DNA of 64,000 nt, from assembly GCA_047495785.1 (NCBI GenBank), contig JBLDXI010000074.1:248001-312000 (forward strand). Reading direction: 5' to 3'. Under the pieces are notes generated by a model, which did not search any database, was not told the DNA's origin, and saw only the letters and a list, made by a program, of their open reading frames with translations. The position numbers were made by a program, and so were the translations under genes. This document shows positions 1 through 12,039 of this stretch, in pieces (within the stretch, counting starts at the first letter, position 1; every line of letters begins with the position of its first letter). The stretch is from Lepidodermella squamata. Taxonomy: Eukaryota; Animalia; Gastrotricha.

Positions 1-1179
1 CGGCTGCTACACTTTCGCTTTAGTGTTTTTCTTTAGCTTGAGTCTTGAGTATTAAGCCCACTATCAGAAAATGTAGGGGTCGCAAGAGCTACACGACTCA
101 GATTTTCTTGTACAGAACTAACAAATATCATCATAAAAATTGTCAGCCAGGGGCCGCCAGCGTCGACTGAAAAGTCAATTTTTATTCACTTCCTTCGCAT
201 TTTCCTGGTTGAAACTGATTTTTCGTCTTTTAATACCAAGAAGTAATATCAACAGCTCCGACAGAACACGGGTGGAAATGCGTGTAATGCATGATGTTAA
301 TAATAACCATAACAGCAATAATAATGGTCCATTATTGCTTGGCGAGTGTGTGTGGCGAGAAAATGCGAGGACCGCGAAACGCGAACAGACAGACGTTAAT
401 TGCCTAGAAGGCGTTATGGAAGCGTGCCTCTCGCATTTGCTTATAAATCATGACAACAGTTTATCAGGAATTTGCAATTTTCCTCAAAATAATCCCGATT
501 TTCCTTTTTGATGCCATCTATCATGCTAGTTAATTAGGTTTAATGGACAGGCATTCTCGTGCGAATCAAGATTCAGGTTTTAAAAAAGGCAACCGCGCGA
601 TGAGGAGGCGAAACATGAGGCTGGGCTAAGATGCGAAAACTAATTCAATATTCCGGCCCATTGCCCGGAATCAATCGGACGAAAGCCATCATGTGGCGTT
701 AAGTGTTAAGTGTTAAATGGGCCTCGAATTGAAAGTATTCAACCCGGAAGCGCAGAATTTCGCGAACGCCTCGGATATCGAACCTTCATTTCCCGACGAA
801 CTTATCCAATTTATAGGTTTCGTAAATGGAGAGCAAGACTCGTCCGCTAGATATGAAGGTGCCATGACAGTTTGGATTGCACCATTGTGTACTACCTACC
901 ATCTGATAGAGCAGATCACAAATTTTAATCCATGAAAATTGCAGCCTAAACCCCGACCCTCTTTGGTGATGTGAAGAATCAAAGTTTTGCCAACTTGAAA
1001 ATCGACAAATTTTCGCGCATCAATATCCCCTGTTTGTAGCACCTCCTGTGAAACAAAAATAAGCAGTTTCTAGGTCACGGATAATAATTGGGAATTAAAA
1101 AATCCTTCTTAAAAAAACTCGCCGACTTTTTGCAGATAATTTTAGCATTGACTTTCGTCTCTGATTAATCTGATCTCTA

Positions 1180-1353
1180 TAGTGGAACCATTAAATCCAC
1201 AATTTCCTGATTGGTCCAGATTCTTGAAATCAGATTGGTTGGCTCATAAAGCAAGTGTCTCACACCATTTTTTCACGTTCACGCTTCTCTAGAGATGCTT
1301 CTTTTCTAAAAGTAGCAGCCATTAAAAAAATTGCGATTTAACTGGTTTCACTA
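1180..1353. mobile_element. MITE-like inverted-repeat element upstream of poly-UBL copy 1
   Basis: Ends TAGTGGAACCA...TGGTTTCACTA are imperfect inverted repeats; homologous copy at 4817-5000; contains ATTGG (reverse CCAAT) motifs. Confidence 0.55.
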
Positions 1354-1571
1354 GGTTAATCTCAAAATCGGCTTTCTTACGGATTTCGAGCAAAATCTCA
1401 TCTATTCACTGCAAACTATAGTTGGGGCTTCGAGTCTAATAATTTTCAATTCTGCATGGATTGAAATACCTGAATCGATAATTTTAGCGGTTTTTTACAA
1501 CATCTGCTGCTTTCGCTAATTTTTTGTTTTTTTGTAGGATTTATTCCATTAACTTCAATCGCTGAATACCC

Positions 1572-3107
1572 ATGAAATTTCAGTCCACTTACATATGTCG
1601 CCCGTGCGGTGAGCATGCTAGCGTCGAAATCGACGGTTTCGAACTCACAGACCGTGTGATTACAGTCAAATCTTTGATCGAAGCGGAAATAGGAATTCCG
1701 AAAGAATTGATCCAGCTTTACTATGGTGATACCGAGCTACTCGATCCCAACCAGCGACTATGCGACATCAAAGGGAGCAAAATTAACGAGAACCCTTGCG
1801 CTAAACTCAGCTTTCTCGACATCGATAGGAGCAACATTAATGAGAAACCCGGACTCAGCTTTAGAACTCAAATCGCAATTCTTGCCATTTTGCCGAATTC
1901 CGACTTCAAACTCCCGGATTTCGACGTCGTTGCATCGATGACGATTGCCGATCTGAAGAAATCAATTGCAGGAAAAATGACTATCAAGCCACAGCATCAG
2001 CTGTGTCTCTTTCGCGGCGATGATTTTTTCGATCAATTGGACGACCATCGTACGGTTGGATTTTACAAAAGCAAAGAAAATTGCCTGAAAATTTCTGCGA
2101 ATATTTTTGATGCGGATTTTTTCGAAATTTCTATCCGCCTGCCGTCGAACAAATTACTTCCTATGTTGATTCACAAAACTGACCAAGTCGAGAATGTGAA
2201 GGAGCGCATTTTCGATCATGTTGGAATTAGAATTCCAGATGCTTTGACTCGGATCGATTTGGAGCTGAAAAAAGTATCTGCGACTTTGGAGAACAAAGAT
2301 TTCCTGGGCTATCACAATGTCGAACCCTACTGCGTGCTCACTGCTGCTATTAAAAAAGCTGAACCTTTTGAATTCAGCTTCAGACATCCTGATCTTCCGA
2401 AAGTCTTCAAAATCCGAGAGGTTCGAATTTCAGATAAAATTGGTGATCTTAAGAGCAAAATTGCTACAGCGACTTCGATGCCTATCACTTCGTATCGGTT
2501 GCATTTCGAATCATTGCATGGCAAATGGCTCAATGATGACAGCCTTACTTTGTTCGAATGTGGAATCCACGACCCTTCGACTCAAATCTACATCGCTGAT
2601 AATGATGCTTTGATCATTTCTAGCGGAGATTTCGGCGATTTCCTGATCAAACCAGCCGATTTCAGCCTCATAGTAGCTGGTTTGAAGTCGAAAATTGAGG
2701 AATTGAAAGGCGTTCCAAGCCGTAGTCAGCTGCTTTCTGTGGAAAAAGGACCGCTGGACGATTTCCCTGGATCTTTGGCCACTTACGGTCAAATCGGCCG
2801 GATGACAATTATTAAGCTAAAATTGAAGAAATCGGAAGAAAACATCGCTGTCAAGATTTCAGCCGGGGTTTGTCGAGCTATTGCAAAGATCAAAATCGAC
2901 ACTAATGCCCGTGAGCAAGGGATGAAAAACGTTTTGAAGAAGTATTTCCCGTTGGTTAACGATTTTGGACTGTACAATTTTGCAACAAATCGCCTGATTC
3001 TTTCGGTATTCGAGTCTCATGTCTGGAATAACACGCAGGTTACGTTGGGGCCGAAACCGCAGAACCCCAGCCCGATGGATAGGGGTGATTTCCAAAGTTT
3101 CTGGTGA
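1572..3107 (+). CDS. Tandem ubiquitin-like domain protein, copy 1 (about 6 UBL domains; terminal ubiquitin domain absent)
   Basis: 511-aa intronless ORF with repeated beta-grasp motifs (VKSLIEAEIGIP..IQLYY, IADLKKSI, VENVKERIF, IGDLKSKI, LKSKIEELKGVP..QLL). Colinear with 26273-27985 but stops at GDFQSFW. Splice acceptor tttgtag about 33 nt upstream of ATG. Confidence 0.8.
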   Translation: MKFQSTYICRPCGEHASVEIDGFELTDRVITVKSLIEAEIGIPKELIQLYYGDTELLDPNQRLCDIKGSKINENPCAKLSFLDIDRSNINEKPGLSFRTQIAILAILPNSDFKLPDFDVVASMTIADLKKSIAGKMTIKPQHQLCLFRGDDFFDQLDDHRTVGFYKSKENCLKISANIFDADFFEISIRLPSNKLLPMLIHKTDQVENVKERIFDHVGIRIPDALTRIDLELKKVSATLENKDFLGYHNVEPYCVLTAAIKKAEPFEFSFRHPDLPKVFKIREVRISDKIGDLKSKIATATSMPITSYRLHFESLHGKWLNDDSLTLFECGIHDPSTQIYIADNDALIISSGDFGDFLIKPADFSLIVAGLKSKIEELKGVPSRSQLLSVEKGPLDDFPGSLATYGQIGRMTIIKLKLKKSEENIAVKISAGVCRAIAKIKIDTNAREQGMKNVLKKYFPLVNDFGLYNFATNRLILSVFESHVWNNTQVTLGPKPQNPSPMDRGDFQSFW

Positions 3108-3480
3108 AATTAACTGGTTAATAATGTGATTTGATGCAATTATTTCTAATCAAGCTCCGGCATTTATATTTTTGTTTTCATGTTTTTAGTTTTTAGGAAT
3201 TATATTATATACTCGAATATTTGGAACGCTGTCTCAGTTGATGTATGAAGAATGTATTGTATGCTTCTGCCTGCGCCTTGAATTATTTTTTCGAGAACGT
3301 GGCCAAATGGGTTAACTTGGTTTGTCTTGAATTTCAACAGAAAGCTGAAGTCTAAAAGTTGACCAGCATGCAAATATTATTGACATCCGCGTTTCTTTTC
3401 CCGCAGTTGACTGAGTCTGGGTCAAAACGTGAAAGCTTCACCCTGAGGTTACCCTAAGGTCACCCTGAGGTGACACATGC

Positions 3481-3787
3481 GGACCTGGCCCGCTGGTATG
3501 CCTTAAAAGAAGGGTGAGTTGGATCTATAATCTCTTCCTCGACATACTATGAAAAATATGAAAGGTCCGTCTGGCCCAATCGGTTTCATCGGCGACCCAG
3601 GCCCCATTGGCCATCGCTGCATGTTCGGCGTGCGTGGTCCTGCTGGCCCGAAATGCGACTCTGGGAAGCTCGGCCTGAAAGGTGATCCTGGGTGACTTGT
3701 TTCCCTGGATCCCCAGGACGAGAGGGCGAGCCTGGTGTTCGTGGGATCGGCCTGGAGGGCGACGAGGGTGAATCCAGCTTGCGATGA
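3481..3787 (+). pseudogene. Decayed collagen Gly-X-Y exon
   Basis: From 3558: MKGPSGPIGFIGDPGPIGHRCMFGVRGPAGPKCDSGKLGLKGDPG*, then after a frameshift FPGSPGREGEPGVRGIGLEGDEGES. Stops, a frameshift and Cys at two Gly positions. Confidence 0.75.
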
Positions 3788-4019
3788 GGAATTTTGCTCT
3801 TAAACGTTGCACAAAGCGTTTCCGAATAACCAGATTGAAAATTTCAATTTTTTCAGTTTTAAGATGGATTTTCATTTTCTTGAAATCACTCTTCTTATGT
3901 GATTTTTCGCATTTTTAGAGGTATAAACCCACGTAAAACGAAGAGGGTAGCAGCTTCCTCCCGAGTACTACATAAAATAGAGCCCACGATTCTCGGATTC
4001 TCGGAAAAATCGCATAATA

Positions 4020-4194
4020 CAGTAGAAGAACGTTATAGTGAACGCTCTCCGTGCCATCAAATTCGTTCACTATGACGATTGTTCACTATAGCGATAGTTC
4101 AATACACGTGAAGCCACAAGCCACGTGCCATCGAGTTCGTTCACTAAGACGATTGTTCACTATAAGCGGTGTTTACTATAACGATCTTCTACTG
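4020..4194. mobile_element. Tc1/mariner-pogo type MITE
   Basis: TA|CAGTAGAAGAACGTTATAGTGAAC ... GTTTACTATAACGATCTTCTACTG|TA; internal GTTCACTA repeats. Confidence 0.85.
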
Positions 4195-4816
4195 TATTAT
4201 GTTGTGAAAAATCGCCTCGTCTTATTTTGTGAGTTTTTTCTCGAAACTGTCCTCTATATAAATTATTTTTTTATCAAACTTGTGACCCTACCAGGAAAAC
4301 CGTGAAAAATCGAGAAAAGTTCAATTTTAAAGATTATGTTCAAATAGGCAATTCGATATTGAAATGTATTGAAGTTTTTTTTCAAAATTTAGAAATTATC
4401 GCCCAGCTCAAATTTACGAGTTGATTTTGTAATAAAAATGGGGATATGAATCGGCATCCTTTTTCTGCTCTCGGCAAAAGGAATTTTTAGTTTTTGTCTT
4501 TAACCTTATCAGCCCACTATCGGAATATTTACGGGTCGCAAGAGCTACCGAACTTGGATTTCATCCAACAGAACTTGAAAATATCATCGAAAGAATTGTT
4601 TTACGTTGATGTGGGCACTTGGACGGAGGATCGGCGTGGAATGACCTTGATTGAAAATGTAGGAAAAACTTTTCCTTTGCTTTAGAAAATCGCGGAAAAT
4701 CAAGATACGTGGCTTTCCAGAATCATCGGGTTGACTCCTGCTTCATACTATTCATTACTTTTCGTACCCGAGTCAATATAGTCTGATTTTAGAATAGATT
4801 CTGATTTTGAGATTCT

Positions 4817-5000
4817 TAGTGGAACCAGTTAATAATCCACAAGTTCCTGATTGGTCGGGAAGTTGAAATCTGATTGGTTGGCTCAACAAGCACGCGACTC
4901 GCGCCATTTTCTTCACAATTACGCTTTTCAGGAGATGCTTTTCGAGCGTGTTCTAAAAATAGCAGCCAATCAAAAAAATTCGGATTAACTGGTTTCACTA
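4817..5000. mobile_element. MITE-like element, paralogous to 1180-1353
   Basis: TAGTGGAACCAGTTAAT ... ATTAACTGGTTTCACTA inverted ends; duplicated along with the poly-UBL upstream region. Confidence 0.6.
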
Positions 5001-5597
5001 AGTCAATCTAGTTGGCTCATCAAAATAAAATTACTTCCTCATCAAAGGGATTTCGAGTAAAATCTAACCTCTCCGGTTTTATTGCCTTTATCTTTTAGCT
5101 TATTAATTCTTGAAAAGTGGACAATCTCAGAAAAAATGTTCGGCAACCTCGAGAGCCCCTGAAATTCAGAAATTTCATTATTTGCTAAGACTAGAATGCT
5201 CGAAAATCTACCCGCAATCGCGAGCTTCAGCAAATTGTTAGTCCAGCTAATAGCGATATTGCATGGACTCGGTGGTTCCGCTAAGTTGCTTTTTCATTTT
5301 ATTCTACTGGAACCTTTGGAACACGGAAAAGCTTTTGGATCTTTGCAATGAATAATTCCGAAAATCACCGATTAATGATCGGGTCACATTAGATTAAATG
5401 AGTATCTGAGCAGCCGATCTGAGCAGCAAACGCCCACCGGGTTTTCATGACATATTTTTTCAAGTTTCATTGAAGCTTAGCCTGGAGGGAGAATGTGGAA
5501 TATTGTGCCTGGCCAATGGCCAAGGTTCCCTGCTTGTAACAAAAAATTATATCCAAGTTTTAAGGTTTTAAGAGTTGTTGAAGCTTAGCATCAAATA

Positions 5598-6295
5598 GAG
5601 GAGGGAGCCCTAATTTCGGCCACTTCCTAAATATATACTCTCATTCTACAGGAGGCAAGGGATTTTTTAGATGTTTTTCTAGAATTTTAGAAAGTCAACC
5701 GCAGTTAGGCCATTAGGTAGAAGACAAGTTATCAAACTTGTACCTGTCAAAACAAGTTCAAGCACATGAGTTTCAGGCATCACGTCGTCAAGGGAAAGCT
5801 CACAGGTGAAGTGACAAAGGCGGTTTTTATAGTCAGCCTATTGAGACAAATCTAACTACAGTGAAATCTCCATAATTTAGACACCTTTCGTTGAGGCCTA
5901 AAACTGTCTAGTTATGGAGCTGTCTAAGATACAGAGAGTCCGAACAATAGTTGTCTTTGTGGTTCGTCGCCGATAAAAAGTGTCTAATTGTGGAAGTGTC
6001 TAATTTATAGACATCTAATTTATGGAGATTTCACTGTATACCAAATTTGCGGCATTAGTGTATCTGGATGAGGTGGCCGAAATTAGGGCACCCCGCTCCC
6101 TAATTCCGGCCGGGTGTCTGGGTGACTAAAGAATTAGCCATAAATCAAGGTAAAATCGTCCGGACTTGCGGAAAGCGGCATTCGATAGCCTAATATCTCC
6201 TCTTTAACTCTGCTTTTGCCGAATATTTTCAAAAATTCACCAGGCTGGCAAAGTAGGAAAAACCTGAAAAGCGGCCGAAATTAGGGGGGGTGCTC
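5598..6295. mobile_element. Non-autonomous DNA transposon containing a nested MITE
   Basis: CCCTAATTTCGGCC / GGCCGAAATTAGGG motifs at both ends and internally; termini TA|GAG...CTC|TA; lies in the extra 1.4 kb absent from the copy 1 upstream region. Confidence 0.5.
5859..6036. mobile_element. pogo/Tigger-like MITE
   Basis: TA|CAGTGAAATCTCCATAA ... TTATGGAGATTTCACTG|TA. Confidence 0.85.
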
Positions 6296-6670
6296 TAAAT
6301 CAAGTGCGGAAAATCAAGCGTTGATGAATCATAATTTCAAGCTGATTCTTGGACACGCGTTTCAGATAGTTTTTGAACGAGAACGCTTAGTAGAATTTTA
6401 CGAAGGTCGTGTTGCCGTTTGATGTTACGAGAACTAAAGATTGTCTAGACTTTTTTATTTTGTTTGCTGTGTGCGTCCACAATTCACTACTAAGTATTGT
6501 TCTGAGGCTTCGATTCTAATAATTATCAATTCATAATTTATTGGAATGAAGAACCTGAATCGATAAAATTCTGAGCTATATAAGCGGTTTTTACAATACC
6601 TAATGATTTGAATAATTTTTTTGTTTTTATTTGTAGGGTTTATTTCATTAACTTTATTCGTTGGATGCCC

Positions 6671-8384
6671 ATGAAATTTCAGTCCACTTACATCTGTAGC
6701 CCCTGCGGTGAGCATGCTAGCGTTGAAATCAACGGCTTCGAGCTGACAGATCGAGTGATAACAATCAAGTCGTTGATCGAAGCGGAAACGAAGATTCCGA
6801 AAGATTTGATCCAGCTTTACTATGGTGATACTGAGCTACTCGTCCCGAACCAGCGACTAAGCGACATCCAGATGAGAAATGCCGAGGAAGAAAATGTATG
6901 CGCTGGACTCAGTTTTGATACTCAAATCGCGATTCTTGCCATTTTTCCGAATTCCGACTTCAAATTCCCGGATTTCAACGTTGCTGCATCAATGACGATT
7001 GCCGATCTGAAGAAATTGATTAAAGCAAAAGTGAGCGTCAAGCCTCACATCACCTGTGTCTCTTTCGAGGCGATGATTTTTTCGACCAATTGGACGACCA
7101 TCGTACGCTTGGATTTTACAAAAGCAAAGAAAATTGCCTAAAAATTTCTGCAAAAATTTTCGATGCTGATTTTTTCGAAAGTTCTATCCGCATGCCGTCG
7201 GGCAAATTACTTCCTATGTTGGTCCACAAAACTGACTAAGTCGAGAACGTAAAAGAACGGATCTTCAATCATGGCGGAATTCGAATTCAAGATTCTTTGA
7301 CTCGGATCGATTTGGAGCTGAAAAAAGTATCTGCGACTTTGGAGAACAAAGACTTCCTGGGTTACCACAATGTCGAGCCCTATTGCGTGCTCACTGCTGC
7401 TATTGGAAAAGCTGAACCTTTCGAATTCAGCTTCAAGCACCCGGATCTTCCGAAAGTCTTCAAAATCCGAGAGGTTCGAATCTCGGATAAAATTGGCGAT
7501 TTGAAGAAGAAAATCGCAACTGCAACTTCGATGCCTATCACCTCGTATCGATTGCATTTCGAATCTTTGAATGGCAAATGGCTCAATGATGACAGCCTTA
7601 CTTTGTTCGAATGTGGAATCCACGATCCTTCGACTCAAATTTACATCGCTGACAACAATGCTTTCATCATTTCAAGTGAAGATTTCGGCGATTTTCTGAT
7701 CAAACCAGCCGATTTCAGCCTCATAGTAGCTGGTTTGAAGTCGAAAATTGAGGAATTGAAAGGCGTTCCAAGCCGTAATCAGTTGCTCTCTGTGGAAAAA
7801 GGACCGATTGACACTTTCCCTGGATCTTTGGCCACTTTCGGTCAAATCGGCCGGATGTCGAAAATTAAAGCCGGATGTAAAGCTAAAATTGAAGAAATCG
7901 GCCGAAAAAATCGCTGTCAAGATTTCATCCGCAGTTGGTCGAACTATTGCGAAGGTCAAAATCGAAACTACTGCCTGTGATCGAGGGATAAAACCTGCTT
8001 TGAAGAAGTATTTCCCGCTGGTCAACGATTTCAGCATACAATTTCACGACTAATCGGGTGATTCTTTCGGTTTCTGAGTCTTATGTTTGGAATATAACGC
8101 ATGTGAGGTTGGGTCCGAAGCCCCAGAAACCCAGCCCGATTGATAAGGGTGACTACAAAATTTTCGTCAAGATGCTGTCAGGGAAAACGCTGTCTTTCTA
8201 CGTCAATTCTGGCGAGTTGATTCATTCGGTGAAGGAGAAAGTTCATGCTGTTGATGGCATCCCGCCCGATCAACAGCGGTTGGTGTTTCGTGGTCTACAG
8301 CTGGAATCTGGTGGGACGGTGGGTGGGTATGGTATTGCTAACGAGGGCAGTATTCATTTGGTTTTAAAACTGCGTGGCTGTTGA
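6671..8384 (+). pseudogene. Tandem ubiquitin-like domain protein, copy 2 (pseudogene)
   Basis: Colinear with copies 1 and 3. 1-nt deletion near 7050, CAA>TAA stop at 7237-7239, CCGGATGT duplication/frameshift near 7850-7880, 1-nt deletion near 8035. Terminal ubiquitin-like domain ends HLVLKLRGC*. Confidence 0.85.
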
Positions 8385-9563
8385 AATAATAAAACAACCC
8401 GTGAATTGATTTCAAACATATGATGTGTAGCTTTCACCTTGTTGTTCGTTAATAAAATCCAGTTTTTTCGAAATTGATTTATTTCCTAGCTACCGATTCC
8501 GAATCCAAATTTCAAAGCTGATTGTTGATTAATTTGCATCAGCTTATATTGAAGTAAAAAAAATTGAAATGCTGAAGGTTTTTCGATTGGATAATCTGCT
8601 TTTTTCCTCAATAATCATAATAAATCGGTGAATAGTTTTCAACTGATTGGAGCACTGATTGGAAATTCTCTGATTTATTTGTTCAAGGCGAGATGGTACA
8701 TTGAAGCCTTGTAATTGAGTTATTAGATGGCAATCCGGTTAAAAAGCAGAGAAATTTGTTGAGGTAAATTCCTGGGAGCAAAATAATTTTCAGCCCCAAC
8801 TGTTCACAGGTTAGCGATTGGCAAAGGGGTTTCAAAACAACTTTTGAAGTGATCTAGCTTCGGCTTCGATTGTACATGAGATTGTTGGCAAAGTTGATAC
8901 CGCTGAAAAGCCCAAGAGGCGAGCTATTTTTCAAAACAAATTTCCTCTTTTTATCCGTTGTGCACAAATAGACATTCACGGCCGAAGCTTTGAGTGTCCA
9001 AATTAGGGAATTCAGGCGGTCGAGTGTGGGCTAAAACGCTTTCAAACAGGGAAACTAGGCGATAATTTCATTGCTCGTACTTTTGACTGAAAAAATTAAG
9101 ATTTTCAATTTTATCAGGTAATTTTAATTGGGTCTTACTTTTACCGGAACTAAAATTGCCTGTTGCGGAACCAGAGTTTCCAAATTTTCTGAAATTTCAT
9201 GATTAATTTGAAAAAAATCCGAATTAATGACCATACATTTTTAGTACTAACACTCTTAGCCATATCACGGGTAAAGTGTAAAGAAAAATCACGCATCACG
9301 CAGGCGTGACGGCTAGAAACGGCATTGAGCCGTGGCTACTCGTTACTTGTCACGTATTTTGGCGACTAAAATTGTCTATTCTCAGCTATCCGTTGCAAGC
9401 CGTCATATTTCTTTACAATCGAACGGCTTGTCTACGCATCACGGGTAAAAGGAGCGTTACTTGCCGTTAGAAGCCGTCTCTATCCGTTGCTTGCTATTTT
9501 CCAAAATCACGGCTACAAAACGCGTTACTTGCCGTCACTCATAATTCATTATTCGTTACATAG

Positions 9564-9791
9564 CGTGAGCAAGCCATTAGAAGGCGTTACGGGCTAATAT
9601 TATCCATATAGGGTACCAATCCACCTTGAAACCTGGTGCCAAGACTGCTACCCGCTGACTTTGAGACATGACAGTCGAAACTTCCAAGTCTCAGAAGTAA
9701 CAGGTAGCAGCCCTGAAACCAGATTTCAAGGTGGATTGGTACCCTATATGGATAATATTAGCCCGTAACGCCTTCTAATGGCTTGCTCACG
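9564..9791. repeat. 228-bp palindrome with 68-bp perfect arms around a MITE core
   Basis: 9564-9631 is the exact reverse complement of 9724-9791; core TA|GGGTACCAATCC...GGATTGGTACCC|TA. Confidence 0.9.
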
Positions 9792-10142
9792 TAGAATTGA
9801 CAAGACATTTTCAACATAATCAGAGTAATTTAGACATTTGAGAAAGAGTCATATTAGCACAACATCAAGCACAAACAGCACAACATCAAAAGTTAGACTT
9901 AACTTGTCATAATTTAGTTCACGTAGAAACGCCGCTTCCGCCTTGGCCTCGCCCAGCACCAAGACCAGAGCCACCGCCTCCTCTGCCACCTCGACGGGAG
10001 CTGCGCTTACCAGGCGGATCGGATGGGCTCGTAAAAATATCCGCATCCTTCTTGTGTTTGCTAGTAGCTTGTTAGGACCACTCGGCCGGGTCGGACCAGT
10101 TGTCACCGGATGATGTCACTGAAAATAATTATTTAAATATCT

Positions 10143-11528
10143 GGTAGTGCCGCCTTTCCTCAACCGCCTTTCCTCAACATATAGCTTCCTCAACATATAG
10201 TTTCCTCAACGCATTGTTTACTCAACATCTGCGCCACTCAACCATGCGCGCGCGAGTGGGGCGCCGAGCGGTCGCGCGACGGGTGTTGAGATGTTTCAAA
10301 ACAGGTGACATTTACTATCACGATTGTAACCAGTCCACCTTAATTGACGGCCACTTAGCTAATACTTTCCACTATTTACGGTTGTTTATATTATTGTTAA
10401 GATTGTCGTTGTTGATTTTATTTGGGATTACCTAAGATTTCCCTGAATGATGCTCCAGTATTGTACAGTGTGCCGCAAAAGTTTAAACGAGAAATCCCTG
10501 ATAGCCCAAGAGCGCTTTTCTAAAAAATGCTCCCAAGTCAAGCCACCGAAGCCGGGTGTACATCACTTGCGCATTTATTTCGAAATTATTCGAACTTCAA
10601 CTTCATACTTTTACCGGCATCCAAAAAGGTGAAACGGCTACTGGCTAGTTCATTCATCGCGCGCCGCGCGCCGAATTCGACCAATTTGACCGATTTGAGG
10701 CACTAAGTTTGTCCCTTGCAGTAATAGTACTAGTGCCTATTTCTCCAAGGTTTGTCCAAGGGAGAGTTAATTCGCCCGCGCATCAATGCCTGCAAACCAC
10801 CATAAAGCAGCCACTTTTTACGAAAAGAGGAAAAAATCGCATAATAGAGCGGTAAAATTGCAGAAAACATTCATGAGCTGATATTTTTTTCTTCGAATGA
10901 AAATGTTTGCCCAACAACAATGGTTTATCTAGCCACCCTCAACCCACCCCCAACCCACCCCCAAACTTTGGCTACCCACCCCCAAGCATTTTGGCATTTT
11001 TTGAAGTTTTGAGGGCTATTTTTACCCCCATTCTACGACTATGTTTCATTTGTCAATAAAATTTTTCATAAGTTGTTGCAATGACAGGCGCGCACATATT
11101 TTTATATTTGCTACACAGTTTTTGGGTCAGAATCAAATAATTTTTAGACGAAGGGATGCGTCATATTCCCTATTAACTTCAAGCCAAAGCCCCACATAGC
11201 ATGAAAATTAACGAAAAATGGAACCAACGTGTTGCCGTTTCCTCATCTCGCGTGCGCGCTAGCGAGGCAGGCGGTGGGCCCCCGTCGTGCGGGTGATATG
11301 ATCTCTCTATGATGAGCGAGTCTTCACTCCATGTTTATCCCCCCAGGAAGAAATTTTATGGCGTGACTTGAAGTTCTTAAACGGCGCTGAGCGCACCCAA
11401 CGACTCGCTAATCCAACTTAATCCCACTTATGCTATGAAGATGTTGAGCTAAGTATAGGTTGAGTAAATGCGTGTTGTGAAGCAAATATATGGTTGAGGA
11501 AAGGCGGTTGAGGAAAGGATGGCGAACC
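10143..11528. mobile_element. Non-autonomous DNA transposon with 8-bp TSD (superfamily uncertain)
   Basis: TSD AAATATCT on both sides; TIRs built from tandem CCTTTCCTCAAC units; GG...CC termini. Confidence 0.85.
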
Positions 11529-11624
11529 AAATATCTATTTAATTTCGGATGACTTGTCGCGGACGATTTGGCATTTCGCCGATAAATTATTCGCTATTAT
11601 TTATTATTTTTATATTTAATATTG

Positions 11625-12039
11625 GGTCATGCTATTCGCACATAACTATGTACGCGAAAATTGCTATTCGTACGTAGTTTTTTTAGATTTTTCAGCAAGG
11701 TGTGGAAATTCGAAAATTGACGGTAGCATCATGAAATTTTACAGGTAGACGCATCAAAGTGAGAGCTATTAAGTGGCTAAATTTCGTTAGATCATCACCC
11801 AAAGTGTTCGAGTAAGCGTCCCAAAACTGAAATCAGATTATACAGCGTTGCGACTCTAGCATAGGGGGTTCAGGCATGATTTTTTGACGGATACTAGGCC
11901 TAATACTCAGCTATGCGCACGCTAAAAATTAGACTAATCGGATGCCAATTGAGAAAGTTATTGATTTTAGAAATTTCATTTTAAAACTATGTACGAATAG
12001 CAATTTTCGCGTACATACTATGTACGAATAGACATTACG
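11625..12039. mobile_element. MITE with long TIRs
   Basis: TATGTACGCGAAAATTGCTATTCGTAC / GTACGAATAGCAATTTTCGCGTACATA inverted arms; flanks TAATATTG / TAATATTT. Confidence 0.8.

Noticed and set aside
140-935. ORFs of 123 aa and 72 aa
   Set aside because: No recognisable motifs or splice structure; the first uses a non-ATG start.
10143-10230. Short regularly spaced repeats (TTCCTCAAC; similar arrays at 4060-4180, 13670-14110, 24300-24480, 25580-25670) resembling CRISPR arrays
   Set aside because: Units are short, mirrored at the opposite end of TSD-flanked elements and lack unique spacers or cas genes; they are transposon subterminal repeats in a eukaryote.
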